The notes under the pieces were generated by a model. That model was not told where the DNA came from, searched no databases, and saw only the letters and a list, made by a program, of their open reading frames with translations. A stretch of DNA of 64,000 nt from Desulfomonilia bacterium. Lineage in GTDB: Bacteria > Desulfobacterota > Desulfomonilia > UBA1062. The stretch spans positions 96,001 through 160,000 of the forward strand of contig JBEKDT010000008.1 in the NCBI GenBank assembly GCA_050014195.1, read 5' to 3'. A program made the translations under genes and the position numbers. Positions 9,486 through 19,931 of the stretch are shown here, piece by piece (within the stretch, counting starts at the first letter, position 1; each line of letters starts with the position of its first letter).

Positions 9486-10217
9486 ATGAGCAAGGTGCGC
9501 ATCAACAGATTCCTCGCCTCGACAGGGGCAATATCACGGAGAAAGGCCGACGAGCTTATCGAGCACGGCCGCGTGAGTATCAACAATGAAAAGGCACTCC
9601 TTGGTGACACCTTGGACCCGGATAAAGATGTAGTTGCCTTAGACGGCAAGACCGTATCCCGTCAGAACACCCTTCTTGTAGCCATGTACAAGCCCAAGTA
9701 TGTGATGACAACCATGAATGACCCTCAAGGCAGACCCTGTATTAAGGATCTCCTTCCCGAGCAGCTTCAGGGCGTGTTCCCGGTGGGCAGACTGGATTTT
9801 GACGCAGAAGGACTCCTCATCCTGACCAATGACGGGGAATTGTCGCATTCACTCCACCACCCCTCCTTCCATGTACCCAAGGTCTATCTCGTGAAGGTAA
9901 TACCCAGGGCCACGCTAGAGGCCATTCATCGCATGGAAGCAGGTATCATCCTTGATGGGAAAAAGACGCTGCCGGCAAAGGTCTTGGAGGAACACTACGT
10001 TTCTGAGGGTTCATATTTACAAATAACCCTTGTGCAGGGGCTGAAAAATCAGATTAAGCGCATGGCCGCATCCGTGGGATTACGGGTCGAGTCCATCAAA
10101 CGAATCAGTGTAGGACCGGTCGTTCTGAAAAGGATGTACCCCGGTCAAATCCGCGAACTGAGCCCTTCGGAAGAGAGATCTCTTTATAAGATACTAAAAA
10201 AACATAAAAAAACTTGA
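9486..10217 (+). CDS. rluB: rRNA pseudouridine synthase (RsuA/RluB family)
   Basis: N-terminal S4 domain (SRRKADELI), VGRLDFDAEGLLILTNDG. Confidence 0.88.
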   Translation: MSKVRINRFLASTGAISRRKADELIEHGRVSINNEKALLGDTLDPDKDVVALDGKTVSRQNTLLVAMYKPKYVMTTMNDPQGRPCIKDLLPEQLQGVFPVGRLDFDAEGLLILTNDGELSHSLHHPSFHVPKVYLVKVIPRATLEAIHRMEAGIILDGKKTLPAKVLEEHYVSEGSYLQITLVQGLKNQIKRMAASVGLRVESIKRISVGPVVLKRMYPGQIRELSPSEERSLYKILKKHKKT

Positions 10218-10241
10218 CATGTGCATGGAGCACTTTATAAT
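10214..10241 (+). promoter_or_regulatory. sigma70 promoter for ihfB
   Basis: TTGACA-N16-TATAAT, both hexamers perfect consensus. Confidence 0.8.
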
Positions 10242-10275
10242 CTATGAATAATTAGACCATGGTAGGAGGAGATAC

Positions 10276-10560
10276 ATGAACAAATCTGAACTGATTGAAG
10301 AACTCTCCATGCGCATGGCTCTCCACCCGAAGAAGGCAGAGGCCCTGGTGAACTCCATCCTCAGCTCCATGATTGTTGCCATGAAGGGCAAACGGCGTGT
10401 AGAGATTCGCGGGTTCGGCAGCTTTGTCATGAGGGATTATAAGCCCTACATCGGGAGGAATCCCAAGAGTGGTGAGAAAATCCAGGTCAAATCCAAAACC
10501 CTGCCCTTCTTTAAATCCGGGAAAGACATGAGAGACCGGGTGAACGGCAAGGCCCAGTAG
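10276..10560 (+). CDS. ihfB: Integration host factor beta subunit / HU family
   Basis: MNKSELIE, RVEIRGFGSF, GRNPKSGE, PFFKSGK. Confidence 0.9.
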   Translation: MNKSELIEELSMRMALHPKKAEALVNSILSSMIVAMKGKRRVEIRGFGSFVMRDYKPYIGRNPKSGEKIQVKSKTLPFFKSGKDMRDRVNGKAQ

Positions 10561-10656
10561 ACCTCGATAAATTCTGCCTAAGAATCTTTTTTGCAGATCA
10601 GAGCGTCTATATATTGACGCATGTGAATACTTGCGGTATATGTACCCTACAAATTT

Positions 10657-12060
10657 ATGGGTAACCATTCTATACTTATTGTTGACGATGAAATCCAAAA
10701 TCGGGAATACCTTTCCGAGATCCTCTCAGATGAAGGGTATTCCATTACTACGGCTGCAAACGGAAAGGATGCCATCTCCAGACTTACCCAGGATACTTTC
10801 CAGGTAGTACTTACCGATCTCCAGATGCCGGAACTCGATGGACTCGGCGTCATAGAGTATCTAATCGAGAATAAGCTGAACACCATCGGCATTCTCTATA
10901 CGGGCTATGGCTCGGTAAAAACCGCGGTGGATGCCATGAAGCTTGGGGCCTTTGATTATATCACCAAGCCCTTCAAGGCCGACGAAATCAAAGTCGTGGT
11001 GAAAAAGGCCCTTGACCACCTCGCCTTGCAGGAGGAAAACACTTACCTGAAACAGCAGCTCAAGGCCCGCTATAAGTTCGAGAACATCGTGGGGACTTCC
11101 GAGAAGATGCAGAAGATCTTCGGTCTCATCGACAAGGTAGCCTCAACGGACTCCACGGTCCTGATCCTCGGTGAATCAGGTACCGGCAAGGAGCTCGTTG
11201 CCCGGGCTCTGCATTATAATTCCATGAGATCTGCAAACGCATTTATCCCCGTAAACTGCGGGGCTATCCCCGAAGAGCTGCTTGAGAGCGAGCTCTTTGG
11301 CCATGAAAAAGGCGCTTTCACCGGTGCGTTCAGGACCAGGATCGGCAGGTTCGAGCTTGCCTGCGGCGGCAGCATATTCTTGGATGAAATTTCTGAGATG
11401 AGCCCAAACCTCCAGGTAAAGCTGCTTCGCGTCATCCAGGAGAGGGAATTCGAACGTGTCGGCGGGATCAAGACCATCAGGGCTGATGTGCGGATAATCG
11501 CCGCAACAAACAAGAACCTCGAGGAAGAGGTCGCTGAAGGCAGATTCCGGGAAGATCTCTACTACAGGCTTAATGTCATACCCATCCACCTTCCTCCCTT
11601 GCGCGAGAAGACCGATGACATACCGTTGCTCATCAAGCATTTTCTGGAGAAGTACAGCGAAGGCAAGTCACCCAAGAAAGTTGAATTCAGCAAAAAGGCC
11701 ACAACTTCACTCATGCGCTATCGCTGGCCCGGCAATGTACGCGAGCTGGAAAACCTGGTGGAACGCATGGTGGTTTTGAGCGATTCCCCCATTATTGATG
11801 TTGCAGATCTACCGGAAAAGGTCCTCACCGGTGCCACGGTGATATCTTCCGCCATCCCGCAACTCGATCTGCCCGAGACAGGAATTGATCTGTCTACCGC
11901 AGTGAATGAATTCGAGCGGAGTATTATCGTCCAGGCCCTCAATAAGAGCAATTGGGTCAAAAACCGTGCCGCTAAGCTCCTGCACGTGAATAGAACGACA
12001 CTGGTGGAGAAGATCAAGAAACAGAAACTCCAAAAACCCACTGAATCGAATATTTCCTAA
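10657..12060 (+). CDS. sigma54-dependent response regulator (NtrC family; likely flagellar master activator)
   Basis: Receiver domain (IVDDE, TDLQMP, KPF), [24 protein letters not shown], Fis-type HTH; heads the flagellar cluster. Confidence 0.92.
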   Translation: MGNHSILIVDDEIQNREYLSEILSDEGYSITTAANGKDAISRLTQDTFQVVLTDLQMPELDGLGVIEYLIENKLNTIGILYTGYGSVKTAVDAMKLGAFDYITKPFKADEIKVVVKKALDHLALQEENTYLKQQLKARYKFENIVGTSEKMQKIFGLIDKVASTDSTVLILGESGTGKELVARALHYNSMRSANAFIPVNCGAIPEELLESELFGHEKGAFTGAFRTRIGRFELACGGSIFLDEISEMSPNLQVKLLRVIQEREFERVGGIKTIRADVRIIAATNKNLEEEVAEGRFREDLYYRLNVIPIHLPPLREKTDDIPLLIKHFLEKYSEGKSPKKVEFSKKATTSLMRYRWPGNVRELENLVERMVVLSDSPIIDVADLPEKVLTGATVISSAIPQLDLPETGIDLSTAVNEFERSIIVQALNKSNWVKNRAAKLLHVNRTTLVEKIKKQKLQKPTESNIS

Positions 12061-12138
12061 TACAACATAAATTTTATATCATCTAACGAGATCCTGATAC
12101 CGATTGCATGGCCCCTTGATCCTTAAGCCTTATGGATG

Positions 12139-12154
12139 TGGCATGGAAGTTGTA
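12139..12154 (+). promoter_or_regulatory. Possible sigma54 promoter for the TPR gene
   Basis: TGGCAT-N5-TTGTA; -24 element good, -12 has GT instead of GC. Confidence 0.4.
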
Positions 12155-12194
12155 TTTTCATGCTGCGGTGAAGAACAACAGCTCTATTAAAATT

Positions 12195-14825
12195 ATGCTG
12201 AAGGAGATTTTCTCCTGCGCTATGATGCTCACATGCGTGGTCCTTGTCGATGCAGGGCCGGTGCACGCTGCAAGCGTACATGTGGGGGGCTCGGGTAATG
12301 CCACCAGGATTATTTTTATCCTGAACGAGAGGGAGGCCATTGCACCCGAGGTATCGGTACAAAAACAGACACTCATCGTCAATTTTCCCCACACTGTTGC
12401 TGACCCTTATACACTCCAGGATCAATTCATGATCCATGGGCTCACCTTTGACGGCACGAAGGCAACCATCGACATTAAGGTGCCGTTTGCCTACCAAGTC
12501 TCCACCAGACAGAGCCCACCCAGCGTCGTCATCGATATTACTACGAAGAAAGATCAAATGCTGCTGTGTCCCATCAAACGGATCGATGTCATACCCGGTA
12601 AAGCTCAAATGAGTGTGTCCATACAGATCGTGCCGGGCATGCTCCCCGAGATACGCACCTTAAAGACCGGCAGGATCTACCTTTATTTTCCAACAGATTT
12701 CCCCGGTAACTCAATCGAAAATCTTCTCACACCTGTACCACAGCTCAAGTTCATCAATACCATGAAGATGGCATCCGGCACCGTGCTCACCCTGACTGTG
12801 GCTGAGCCGTACTCGCTCATGAAAACCAGGACGGATAGGGATAAAAGCCTGGTCATTCTTGAACTGAGGACATCGAGCACTGCATCTCCCGATGTCAGAT
12901 ATCAGGCAGCAAAAAATCTGTTCGCTGCAGGTAATATCGCAGGTGTAATCACCCTTCTAGAACCTGCCGTTCAGGCACTTGATGCCCGGGAGAAGGTGAT
13001 TCTTGCCCGGTCCTACTGGGCCCTGGCATTTCCGTATCAGACGGAAAGTCGCTCCTCCAAGGCGCTTACCATGATGGATTCCGCCCTCCAAAATTTCTCT
13101 GCCGGCCTCGATCGTGAGAGGATCATGCTCGAATACTGCTCCATGCTCATCCGGTCCGGCAGGTCCAGTGAAGCACTCGATCTGGTAAAAACACTTCATG
13201 GATCTCAATGGGATGACATTAAGACCGAGGCAGGCATCAGGGAAATGGATATCCTGAACCATAATAGTGCATATGAGGATGCCTATGCCGCCAACAAGCG
13301 CTTGATTCGAGACCTTGGGCCCAAAGGCGTCCCTGAAGGTCTGAAGGCCGATTACTCATCGGTCCTGGGTGATACCTATCTCGGATTGAACGACCATGAA
13401 AAGGCGTTCACGATGTATAAAGAAGCCCTTGCAACGGATCAAGCGATCATCAGGCAGAATCCCTCAATATATGCACACATAGGCGAAGCTGCATTCAAGA
13501 TGAACGACTTTGCACAAGCAAAGGACTACCTCATACAGGCATTCAATCTGGGTGATCCCTCAAGCAGGCAGAAGCACCTCATAATGCTTGGGGATTGCCT
13601 CTATCAGATCGGTGAAAAGGACAAGGCCCTTGTGGTATTCTCTCAAGTTGAAACCCTGACGTCCAAGGGTGAGAATTTCGTGATCGCAAAGCTCAAGTCA
13701 GCGCGGATCATCATTGAGAAAAACACAGACGAACACGGCAAATTATCCGACAGGGCGTTCAACGATGTAATGGATATCTATGAAAACCTTAAAACCACAG
13801 AGGAATATAAAGATAAATCTTTGGCCTCACTTGTGAAGGTCAGGATAGCCCAGGCTTATGCCAAGCATGGCCAGTGGGACAAGGCATTGGATACCTACTA
13901 TGAAGTATGGTTGGGAACGCGGCAGAGCGACACGGTCCACCATTATGCCCAGGTAGAGGCCGTAAGAAGCATTATTGAGAGGGTGCGCATCCTGCATCGG
14001 GACTCTCAATATGACCAGATCTACGAAATTTATACCCGATACCAAGGCGGTTTTATAAAGGAACTTCAAGACAGCGCCACCTTGTGCATTATCGGAGAAG
14101 CATTAAACCGGCTCGGTCAGCTCGATAAAGCCAGGATCGTACTCGAATTGTCCACCAGGGAAGAATCAACATACAAGGAATTGGCTCTCTATCTTTTGTT
14201 TACTATCGACATCAAGCAGGGCAGATACCAGGAGGCCCTTATCTGGAACACGCTCTATCTGAATACCTATCCGAGAGGCAAAGATATTCAGATTATGAGG
14301 GACAGGCGGGGCGAGGTGCTCTATAAACTGGGCAGCCTCAAGGATTCATTGACCTATCTCGAGGCCTCTGCCAATAGCGATAGCCCTCTGGCATTGAACT
14401 CACTTTCATATCTTACAGATGCATATCGCAGACTGTCAATGAACCAGCAGGAACAGCAGGTATTGGACAGGATCATCTCTTATAACGGCCAAAGGATCTC
14501 GCCCATCATCGAGAACGCCCTTTACCTGAGGGCAACTCAGTTCAAGGATATGAGGGAACTTGCCAAGGCAAAGTCCCTTTATCAGATGCTGCTTGATACC
14601 TATCCAAAGTCTTCGCATGCCTACTGGGCTATGTACCATCTCGCTTCAATCTCGTATGCCCTCGGAGATCAGGCCGGGGCCAAGGATCTGCTCACAAACG
14701 TCATCAGGCTTAGCAAGGACCCGCTCCTTCTCTCTGCTGCAAGGGTTGCTTCCAATGACATGGATCTCCAGCAAGAACTGAAAATGTACAATTCCGCTAA
14801 AAGCCAGCCGGGGGGAAAAAAGTGA
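12195..14825 (+). CDS. Exported tetratricopeptide-repeat protein in flagellar cluster
   Basis: Signal-peptide-like start (MLKEIFSCAMMLTCVVLVDAGPVHA), beta-rich N-terminal region, many TPR-like helices; start moved from 12132 to 12195. Confidence 0.8.
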   Translation: MLKEIFSCAMMLTCVVLVDAGPVHAASVHVGGSGNATRIIFILNEREAIAPEVSVQKQTLIVNFPHTVADPYTLQDQFMIHGLTFDGTKATIDIKVPFAYQVSTRQSPPSVVIDITTKKDQMLLCPIKRIDVIPGKAQMSVSIQIVPGMLPEIRTLKTGRIYLYFPTDFPGNSIENLLTPVPQLKFINTMKMASGTVLTLTVAEPYSLMKTRTDRDKSLVILELRTSSTASPDVRYQAAKNLFAAGNIAGVITLLEPAVQALDAREKVILARSYWALAFPYQTESRSSKALTMMDSALQNFSAGLDRERIMLEYCSMLIRSGRSSEALDLVKTLHGSQWDDIKTEAGIREMDILNHNSAYEDAYAANKRLIRDLGPKGVPEGLKADYSSVLGDTYLGLNDHEKAFTMYKEALATDQAIIRQNPSIYAHIGEAAFKMNDFAQAKDYLIQAFNLGDPSSRQKHLIMLGDCLYQIGEKDKALVVFSQVETLTSKGENFVIAKLKSARIIIEKNTDEHGKLSDRAFNDVMDIYENLKTTEEYKDKSLASLVKVRIAQAYAKHGQWDKALDTYYEVWLGTRQSDTVHHYAQVEAVRSIIERVRILHRDSQYDQIYEIYTRYQGGFIKELQDSATLCIIGEALNRLGQLDKARIVLELSTREESTYKELALYLLFTIDIKQGRYQEALIWNTLYLNTYPRGKDIQIMRDRRGEVLYKLGSLKDSLTYLEASANSDSPLALNSLSYLTDAYRRLSMNQQEQQVLDRIISYNGQRISPIIENALYLRATQFKDMRELAKAKSLYQMLLDTYPKSSHAYWAMYHLASISYALGDQAGAKDLLTNVIRLSKDPLLLSAARVASNDMDLQQELKMYNSAKSQPGGKK

Positions 14826-16171
14826 GCATGGGGATCGCCATCTTGGATGAAGACAAAGAGACCGTTAACATACTTGCCGAGCTCATTGCAGAGCTGGGCG
14901 AGTCTCCCTTTCCCTTTGTCGACAAGGATAAATTCTTAGAAGCGATCAACCCAAAGCAACATGGCCTGGCAATCATCTCGGATGACTTCCTCGATGTGAT
15001 CGAAGGGACCAAACAAGTCTATGATTCAATCGAGATTGTGGCTATCGGTATAAAAGATGGTTCCACATGCCTCAAGGCCGGTGCTGCATATTTCCTGAAA
15101 AAACCCTTCCGGGCCGATGAGATGGTGAGCGTGCTTGAGGCCCTCATGACCCCAAAGGGTGGGCGGTCTGACGGCAAAGATTCAAGCTTTATCGTTGCCG
15201 ACCCTTCCATGAGGGGTATCGTGGAGATCATCCGGAAGGTCGCCCCAACCCAGGCCCCTGTGTTTATCCAGGGGGAATCCGGCACCGGCAAGGAGGTTAT
15301 TGCGAGAAACATCCATGCCTTAAGCAAGCGTAAAAGCGGGCCCTACGTGGGGATAAACCTCGCCGCCATCCCTGAGACGTTGATTGAAAGCGAGCTCTTC
15401 GGCTACGAGAAAGGTGCATTTACCGGGGCTTATGCCACTCGGATCGGCAAATTCGAGCAGGCCGACGGCGGAACCATCCTGCTGGATGAGATAACCGAGA
15501 TTAGTTCGGCCTTACAGGCAAAGCTGCTCAGAGTCTTGCAGGAAAGGCAGATCGACCGCGTGGGCGGTAAGTCTCCCATAAAGGTGGACTTCCGTGTCAT
15601 CTCCACAACCAACCGGGATATTGAAGAAGAGATTAAGACCTCAAGGTTCAGACACGACCTCTTCTTCCGCTTGAATGTGATCCCTATCAAGGTCCCGCCT
15701 TTACGAGTACGCAGAGAAGACATTATTCCCCTTTCCGCACACTTTATCAAGAAGATCGCTGAGAGGGAGGATATGCAGGAAAAAGTTCTCAGTAAGGAGG
15801 CAAAAGATTCCCTGTTGAAGTATCCCTGGCCCGGCAATGTCCGCGAACTTGAGAACGTTATCGAGCGTGCCATGATCCTCACCGATGGCGATGTGATCTC
15901 AATGGAACATATTACAACGAGCTGTGATGTTCCTGACATATTGGCCTCTATGCCCGTCATGGGTGCAACAATCCACGAGATGGAAAAAAATCTTATACTA
16001 TCAACGTTAAAAAGGGTTGACGGCAACAGGACCAAGGCTGCAACACTGCTGGGCATCAGTATACGGACCTTGCGGAATAAACTCAATGAATACACCAAAG
16101 GTGGTCAAATTTCTGACGTTGGGAATACTGAGTGCGGCGACCCTGACCCTGAAGAACCCTTGGAAACATGA
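14822..16171 (+). CDS. sigma54-dependent activator (FleR/FlrC-like) with degenerate receiver domain
   Basis: [44 protein letters not shown]; directly upstream of flgB. Confidence 0.88.
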   Translation: MSMGIAILDEDKETVNILAELIAELGESPFPFVDKDKFLEAINPKQHGLAIISDDFLDVIEGTKQVYDSIEIVAIGIKDGSTCLKAGAAYFLKKPFRADEMVSVLEALMTPKGGRSDGKDSSFIVADPSMRGIVEIIRKVAPTQAPVFIQGESGTGKEVIARNIHALSKRKSGPYVGINLAAIPETLIESELFGYEKGAFTGAYATRIGKFEQADGGTILLDEITEISSALQAKLLRVLQERQIDRVGGKSPIKVDFRVISTTNRDIEEEIKTSRFRHDLFFRLNVIPIKVPPLRVRREDIIPLSAHFIKKIAEREDMQEKVLSKEAKDSLLKYPWPGNVRELENVIERAMILTDGDVISMEHITTSCDVPDILASMPVMGATIHEMEKNLILSTLKRVDGNRTKAATLLGISIRTLRNKLNEYTKGGQISDVGNTECGDPDPEEPLET

Positions 16172-16184
16172 GACATCGGCCCCT

Positions 16185-16200
16185 TGGTACGACAATTGCT
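16185..16200 (+). promoter_or_regulatory. sigma54 (-24/-12) promoter of flgB operon
   Basis: TGGTAC-GACAA-TTGCT matches TGGCAC-N5-TTGCW, with correct GG/GC spacing. Confidence 0.85.
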
Positions 16201-16224
16201 TTATGATACCTCAGGAGAGTGCTT

Positions 16225-16608
16225 ATGGCCAATATCTTCGGCAAAATCATCTCGGAAGTGACGGAGCACATGAACTACCGTACCTATCGCCAGGAGGTCA
16301 TATCCGGCAACATCGCCAATGTGGACACACCCGGCTACAGAGCCAAGGAGGCCCTGTTTGAAAGCGAGCTCGACTCCAAGCTCAAGCTTGCCACAACAAG
16401 CCCGCAACATTTGAAGAAATCGCCCGGGGAAAGTATGTTCAAAACCGTAGACGACCCATTTTCAAGGATCGGGAACGACTCCAACACCGTGGACATCGAC
16501 CGGGAAATGATGAAGCTCAACGAGAACCAGATCCTCTACAGCGCCTCGGCCGAGATCATCCAGACCAAACTCCAAGAGCTGAAAAACACCATAGGAGGCA
16601 TCCAATAA
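16225..16608 (+). CDS. flgB: Flagellar basal-body rod protein FlgB
   Basis: RQEVISGNIANVDTPGY, DSNTVDIDREM; AGGAGAG RBS. Confidence 0.95.
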   Translation: MANIFGKIISEVTEHMNYRTYRQEVISGNIANVDTPGYRAKEALFESELDSKLKLATTSPQHLKKSPGESMFKTVDDPFSRIGNDSNTVDIDREMMKLNENQILYSASAEIIQTKLQELKNTIGGIQ

Positions 16609-17012
16609 TGGACCTTTTCACAGCCATGGATATTAGTGCAAGCGGGCTTAGGGCTCAGCGGACCAGGATGAACGTCATCTCAAGCAATATCGCCAATGCC
16701 CACACCACGCATACCGATGAAGGCGGACCCTATAAGCGCAGGGATGTGATCCTGAAAGAGAGCTCCTTCGAAGGCCAGCTTGCAAGCGTCGATGTAGAGG
16801 GGATTAAGGCCGATTCCACCACGGGTGAACATATTTATGACCCGGGCAACCCCGATGCGGACGAGAAAGGTTACGTGACTATGCCCAATGTGAATCTCAT
16901 GGAGGAGATGGTGAATATGATGAATGCCACCAGGGCCTTTGAAGCCAACACCATTGCCGTGAAGGCGCAGAAAGACATGGCCCTGAAGGCACTGCAGATA
17001 GGAGGGAAGTAA
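16608..17012 (+). CDS. flgC: Flagellar basal-body rod protein FlgC
   Basis: ISASGLRAQRTRMNVISSNIANA, YDPGNPDA..GYV.MPNVN. Confidence 0.96.
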   Translation: MDLFTAMDISASGLRAQRTRMNVISSNIANAHTTHTDEGGPYKRRDVILKESSFEGQLASVDVEGIKADSTTGEHIYDPGNPDADEKGYVTMPNVNLMEEMVNMMNATRAFEANTIAVKAQKDMALKALQIGGK

Positions 17013-17299
17013 TGCGTATCGACAAGTCTGATTTTACCCTTACAGGGCCCCTTACATCCAATGAGAAACCGAAAGGAAAGGGTCTGGATTTCGTTGATAC
17101 CCTCACCGATGCCATCAATTCAACGAACAGCCTGGTCAAGGAATCCGAGAAAGCGGCCACAGACCTATCTTCGGGCAAATCTCCCAATATTCATGAGGCC
17201 ATGATTGCCATGGAGAAAGCGGACATCTCCCTCCAGCTCCTCGTGAAGATGACCAGCAAGCTCATCGATGGCTACAACACGTTAAGTAGGTTGACATAG
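17012..17299 (+). CDS. fliE: Flagellar hook-basal body protein FliE
   Basis: IHEAMIAMEKADISLQL; position between flgC and fliF. Confidence 0.92.
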   Translation: MRIDKSDFTLTGPLTSNEKPKGKGLDFVDTLTDAINSTNSLVKESEKAATDLSSGKSPNIHEAMIAMEKADISLQLLVKMTSKLIDGYNTLSRLT

Positions 17300-17301
17300 C
17301 C

Positions 17302-18915
17302 ATGATAAACTTACTCAAACAGCTTCCGGCTAAGTTCGGCGCCATGAGTATGGGCCAGAGGTTCGGCCTTCTGGCCGTGGTCGGCCTTGCTGCTGCGGTC
17401 TTGGTAGTGAGCCTCATGTGGGCAACAGCCCCGAAATATCAGTACCTCTTTACCGACCTGAACGAGCAGGATGCCTCGCTGATCGTCCAGAACCTGAAGG
17501 AGAATCGCATCCCCTACCAGCTTACCAAGGGTGGTACCGCAATCATGATCCCGGAGGCCAACGTATACGAGACGCGCTTGTCGCTCGCAGGAAAGGGCCT
17601 GCCCAAGGGCGGTGTTGGAAAAGGGTTTGCGCTGTTCGATGAATCGGACTTCTCCCAGTCCGAGTTCGTACAGAAAATCAATTACCAAAGGGCGTTGCAG
17701 AACGAGCTTGCCAATACCATTATGTCCCTTGAAGCGGTCTCTTTTGCTCGAGTCCACATCGCCATGCCCAAGGAAAGCATCTTCATCGAGGATGAGAAGC
17801 CGGCCAAGGCCTCTATCGTCATCAAGATCAAGCCCGGCATGCAGATGAACCCTTCCCAGGTCCAGGGCATAGTATACCTTGTTGAAAAAAGTGTGCGGGG
17901 ACTGGACCCGGAGAATATCAGCATCGTAGACATCAAGGGAAAAGTCCTTTATGAGGGCAAAAAGAACAATGATTCGGTGGCCCTTGCCAGCGACCGTCTT
18001 GAATTCAAGCGGGCCATTGAAAACCAACTGCAGGAAAGGGCCCAGAGTCTCCTTGAGAAGATTGTAGGACCCCAGGCAGCCGTAGTGAAGGTAAGTGCGG
18101 ACGTGAACATGGACATGGTCAAGAGTGTCCAGGATAATTACGATCCCGAGATCCATGTGGTGCGCTCCGAAGAGGTCAAGAACCAGTATGCAGGCAAGGA
18201 AAAGAATACGCAGGGCGTTGCCGGAACGCCATCCAATCTGCCCACGGGAAAGGGAGGGCCTGAGGCAATCCCGCCGAACGGGGGATCGGGTGGAGAAAGC
18301 ATAGTCAGGAATTACGAGATCGGCAGAAACCAGACGGAACACGTCTTCTCTCCCGGGGATGTCAAACGGCTGACGGTATCTGTTGTAGTTGATGGGACAT
18401 ACAAGTCCGACAAGGGGGGTAACAAGCTGTTTGTCCCACGCCAGGCATCCGAACTCAAAGAGATCGAGAATGCGGTGAAGCAGACGGTCGGGTTCAATGC
18501 AGACCGTGAAGACATCATCTCGGTGTCCTGCATGCCCTTTGCCCAGGAGGACACCGACCTGGCAGCGCTTTCCGAAAAGGAAAAGAAGAAAGAATTCATC
18601 CTTACCCTGCTCAAACCGGCCGTGTTCCTCGTCGTAGTGATCCTTGTCCTGCTCTTCATAATCCGGCCAATGCTCAAATGGCTTAAGTCGGTGAGGGTGG
18701 TGGATCGGGTACATGCGCACGAAAGGGGTATCCCCATGGAGGACCGCGAGCTCCTTGAGGGCGGAGAGGAAGTGCCCCAGCTCGAAGTTGCTCCCAAGAG
18801 CGAGGAGATGAAACGGGCGGTCCATGGAAAGCGCAAGGCCATCGAACAAACGGCACGAAATGATATGAACACCGCCTCAGCGGTAGTGAAGTCCTGGCTT
18901 CAGGAGAATGTATAA
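17302..18915 (+). CDS. fliF: Flagellar MS-ring protein FliF
   Basis: Two TM segments, NYQRALQNELANTI, ARVHIAMPK, RLTVSVVVDG. Confidence 0.96.
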   Translation: MINLLKQLPAKFGAMSMGQRFGLLAVVGLAAAVLVVSLMWATAPKYQYLFTDLNEQDASLIVQNLKENRIPYQLTKGGTAIMIPEANVYETRLSLAGKGLPKGGVGKGFALFDESDFSQSEFVQKINYQRALQNELANTIMSLEAVSFARVHIAMPKESIFIEDEKPAKASIVIKIKPGMQMNPSQVQGIVYLVEKSVRGLDPENISIVDIKGKVLYEGKKNNDSVALASDRLEFKRAIENQLQERAQSLLEKIVGPQAAVVKVSADVNMDMVKSVQDNYDPEIHVVRSEEVKNQYAGKEKNTQGVAGTPSNLPTGKGGPEAIPPNGGSGGESIVRNYEIGRNQTEHVFSPGDVKRLTVSVVVDGTYKSDKGGNKLFVPRQASELKEIENAVKQTVGFNADREDIISVSCMPFAQEDTDLAALSEKEKKKEFILTLLKPAVFLVVVILVLLFIIRPMLKWLKSVRVVDRVHAHERGIPMEDRELLEGGEEVPQLEVAPKSEEMKRAVHGKRKAIEQTARNDMNTASAVVKSWLQENV

Positions 18916-19931
18916 TGGGCAAGCTCAAGAAGGTTGACGGCCCCCAGAAGGCCGCTATCTTTCTCATGGCAATGGGTGACGAATTCACCCGGGCCATATT
19001 CAAGGGATTGACCGAACACGAAATGAAACTTCTCGGCAAACGCATGGCAGCCCTCGAAGATGTGACCATCCCGGTCGACACGGTCCAGAATATCATGGAC
19101 GAGTTCTTACAGTTGAGCTCCGAGGTGAGCGGTGTCACTGGCAAAGGCATCGAGTACCTGCGTGATGCCCTCGTCTCGTCATTAGGCGCTGATAAGGCAA
19201 AGCCTATCATGGATTCCATATCCCAGGCCATGGACACCGCTGCGTTCTCATCGCTGAGGGCCGTCGACGCATCGATTCTCGTTGACTATCTTAAGGGAGA
19301 GCATCCCCAGACCATAGCGCTGGTGCTGGCCCACCTGGATTATATGAAGGTCGCCCAGATCATAAAGGAGATGCCTGAGAAGCTCCAGCCGGAGATCGTC
19401 TTTCGTATCGCCAACCTCGGCATGGTGCCTGCAGGCGTCATCGAGGATGTGGATGACGTACTCAAGAAGGAGATCGAGGCCATGGGGAGCGTGGAAAGCA
19501 AGAAGCTCGGAGGCATCGAGACCGTGGCCGAAATCATGAACCAGCTTGACCATAACACCGAGAACAACATCTTCGCTTCATTGGAAGAGATAGATGCCGA
19601 TATGGCCGAAAACATCCGTCAGAAGATGTTTGTCTTCGAAGACCTCATCAACATCGACAACCGCGGCATCCAGACCATCCTCAAGGAGATCACGAACGAA
19701 GATCTGTCCCTGGCTCTCAAGACCTCCAGCGAGACGCTCAAGGCCCATATTCTCAAGAATATGTCTTCACGCGCCTCAGAGATGCTCCTGGAAGACATGG
19801 AGACCATGGGCCCGGTGAAGCTCTCGGATGTGGAGAACGCCCAGCAGAACATCGTACGCGTGGCAAGGAAGCTGGAGGCTGCCGGCAAGATCGTGATCAG
19901 CGGAAAGGGCGGAGAGGATGTCCTCATCTAG
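18915..19931 (+). CDS. fliG: Flagellar motor switch protein FliG
   Basis: QKAAIFLM, EHPQTIALVL, MFVFEDL, NMSSRA. Confidence 0.97.
   Translation: MGKLKKVDGPQKAAIFLMAMGDEFTRAIFKGLTEHEMKLLGKRMAALEDVTIPVDTVQNIMDEFLQLSSEVSGVTGKGIEYLRDALVSSLGADKAKPIMDSISQAMDTAAFSSLRAVDASILVDYLKGEHPQTIALVLAHLDYMKVAQIIKEMPEKLQPEIVFRIANLGMVPAGVIEDVDDVLKKEIEAMGSVESKKLGGIETVAEIMNQLDHNTENNIFASLEEIDADMAENIRQKMFVFEDLINIDNRGIQTILKEITNEDLSLALKTSSETLKAHILKNMSSRASEMLLEDMETMGPVKLSDVENAQQNIVRVARKLEAAGKIVISGKGGEDVLI

Noticed and set aside
12202-12216. Hairpin AGGAGA-TTT-TCTCCT as an RBS-sequestering switch
   Set aside because: Lies inside the coding region if the start is 12195, and is 15 nt from the next ATG; a 6-bp stem can occur by chance
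17311-18849. 512-aa minus-strand ORF
   Set aside because: Antisense shadow of fliF; no motifs; expected from codon bias
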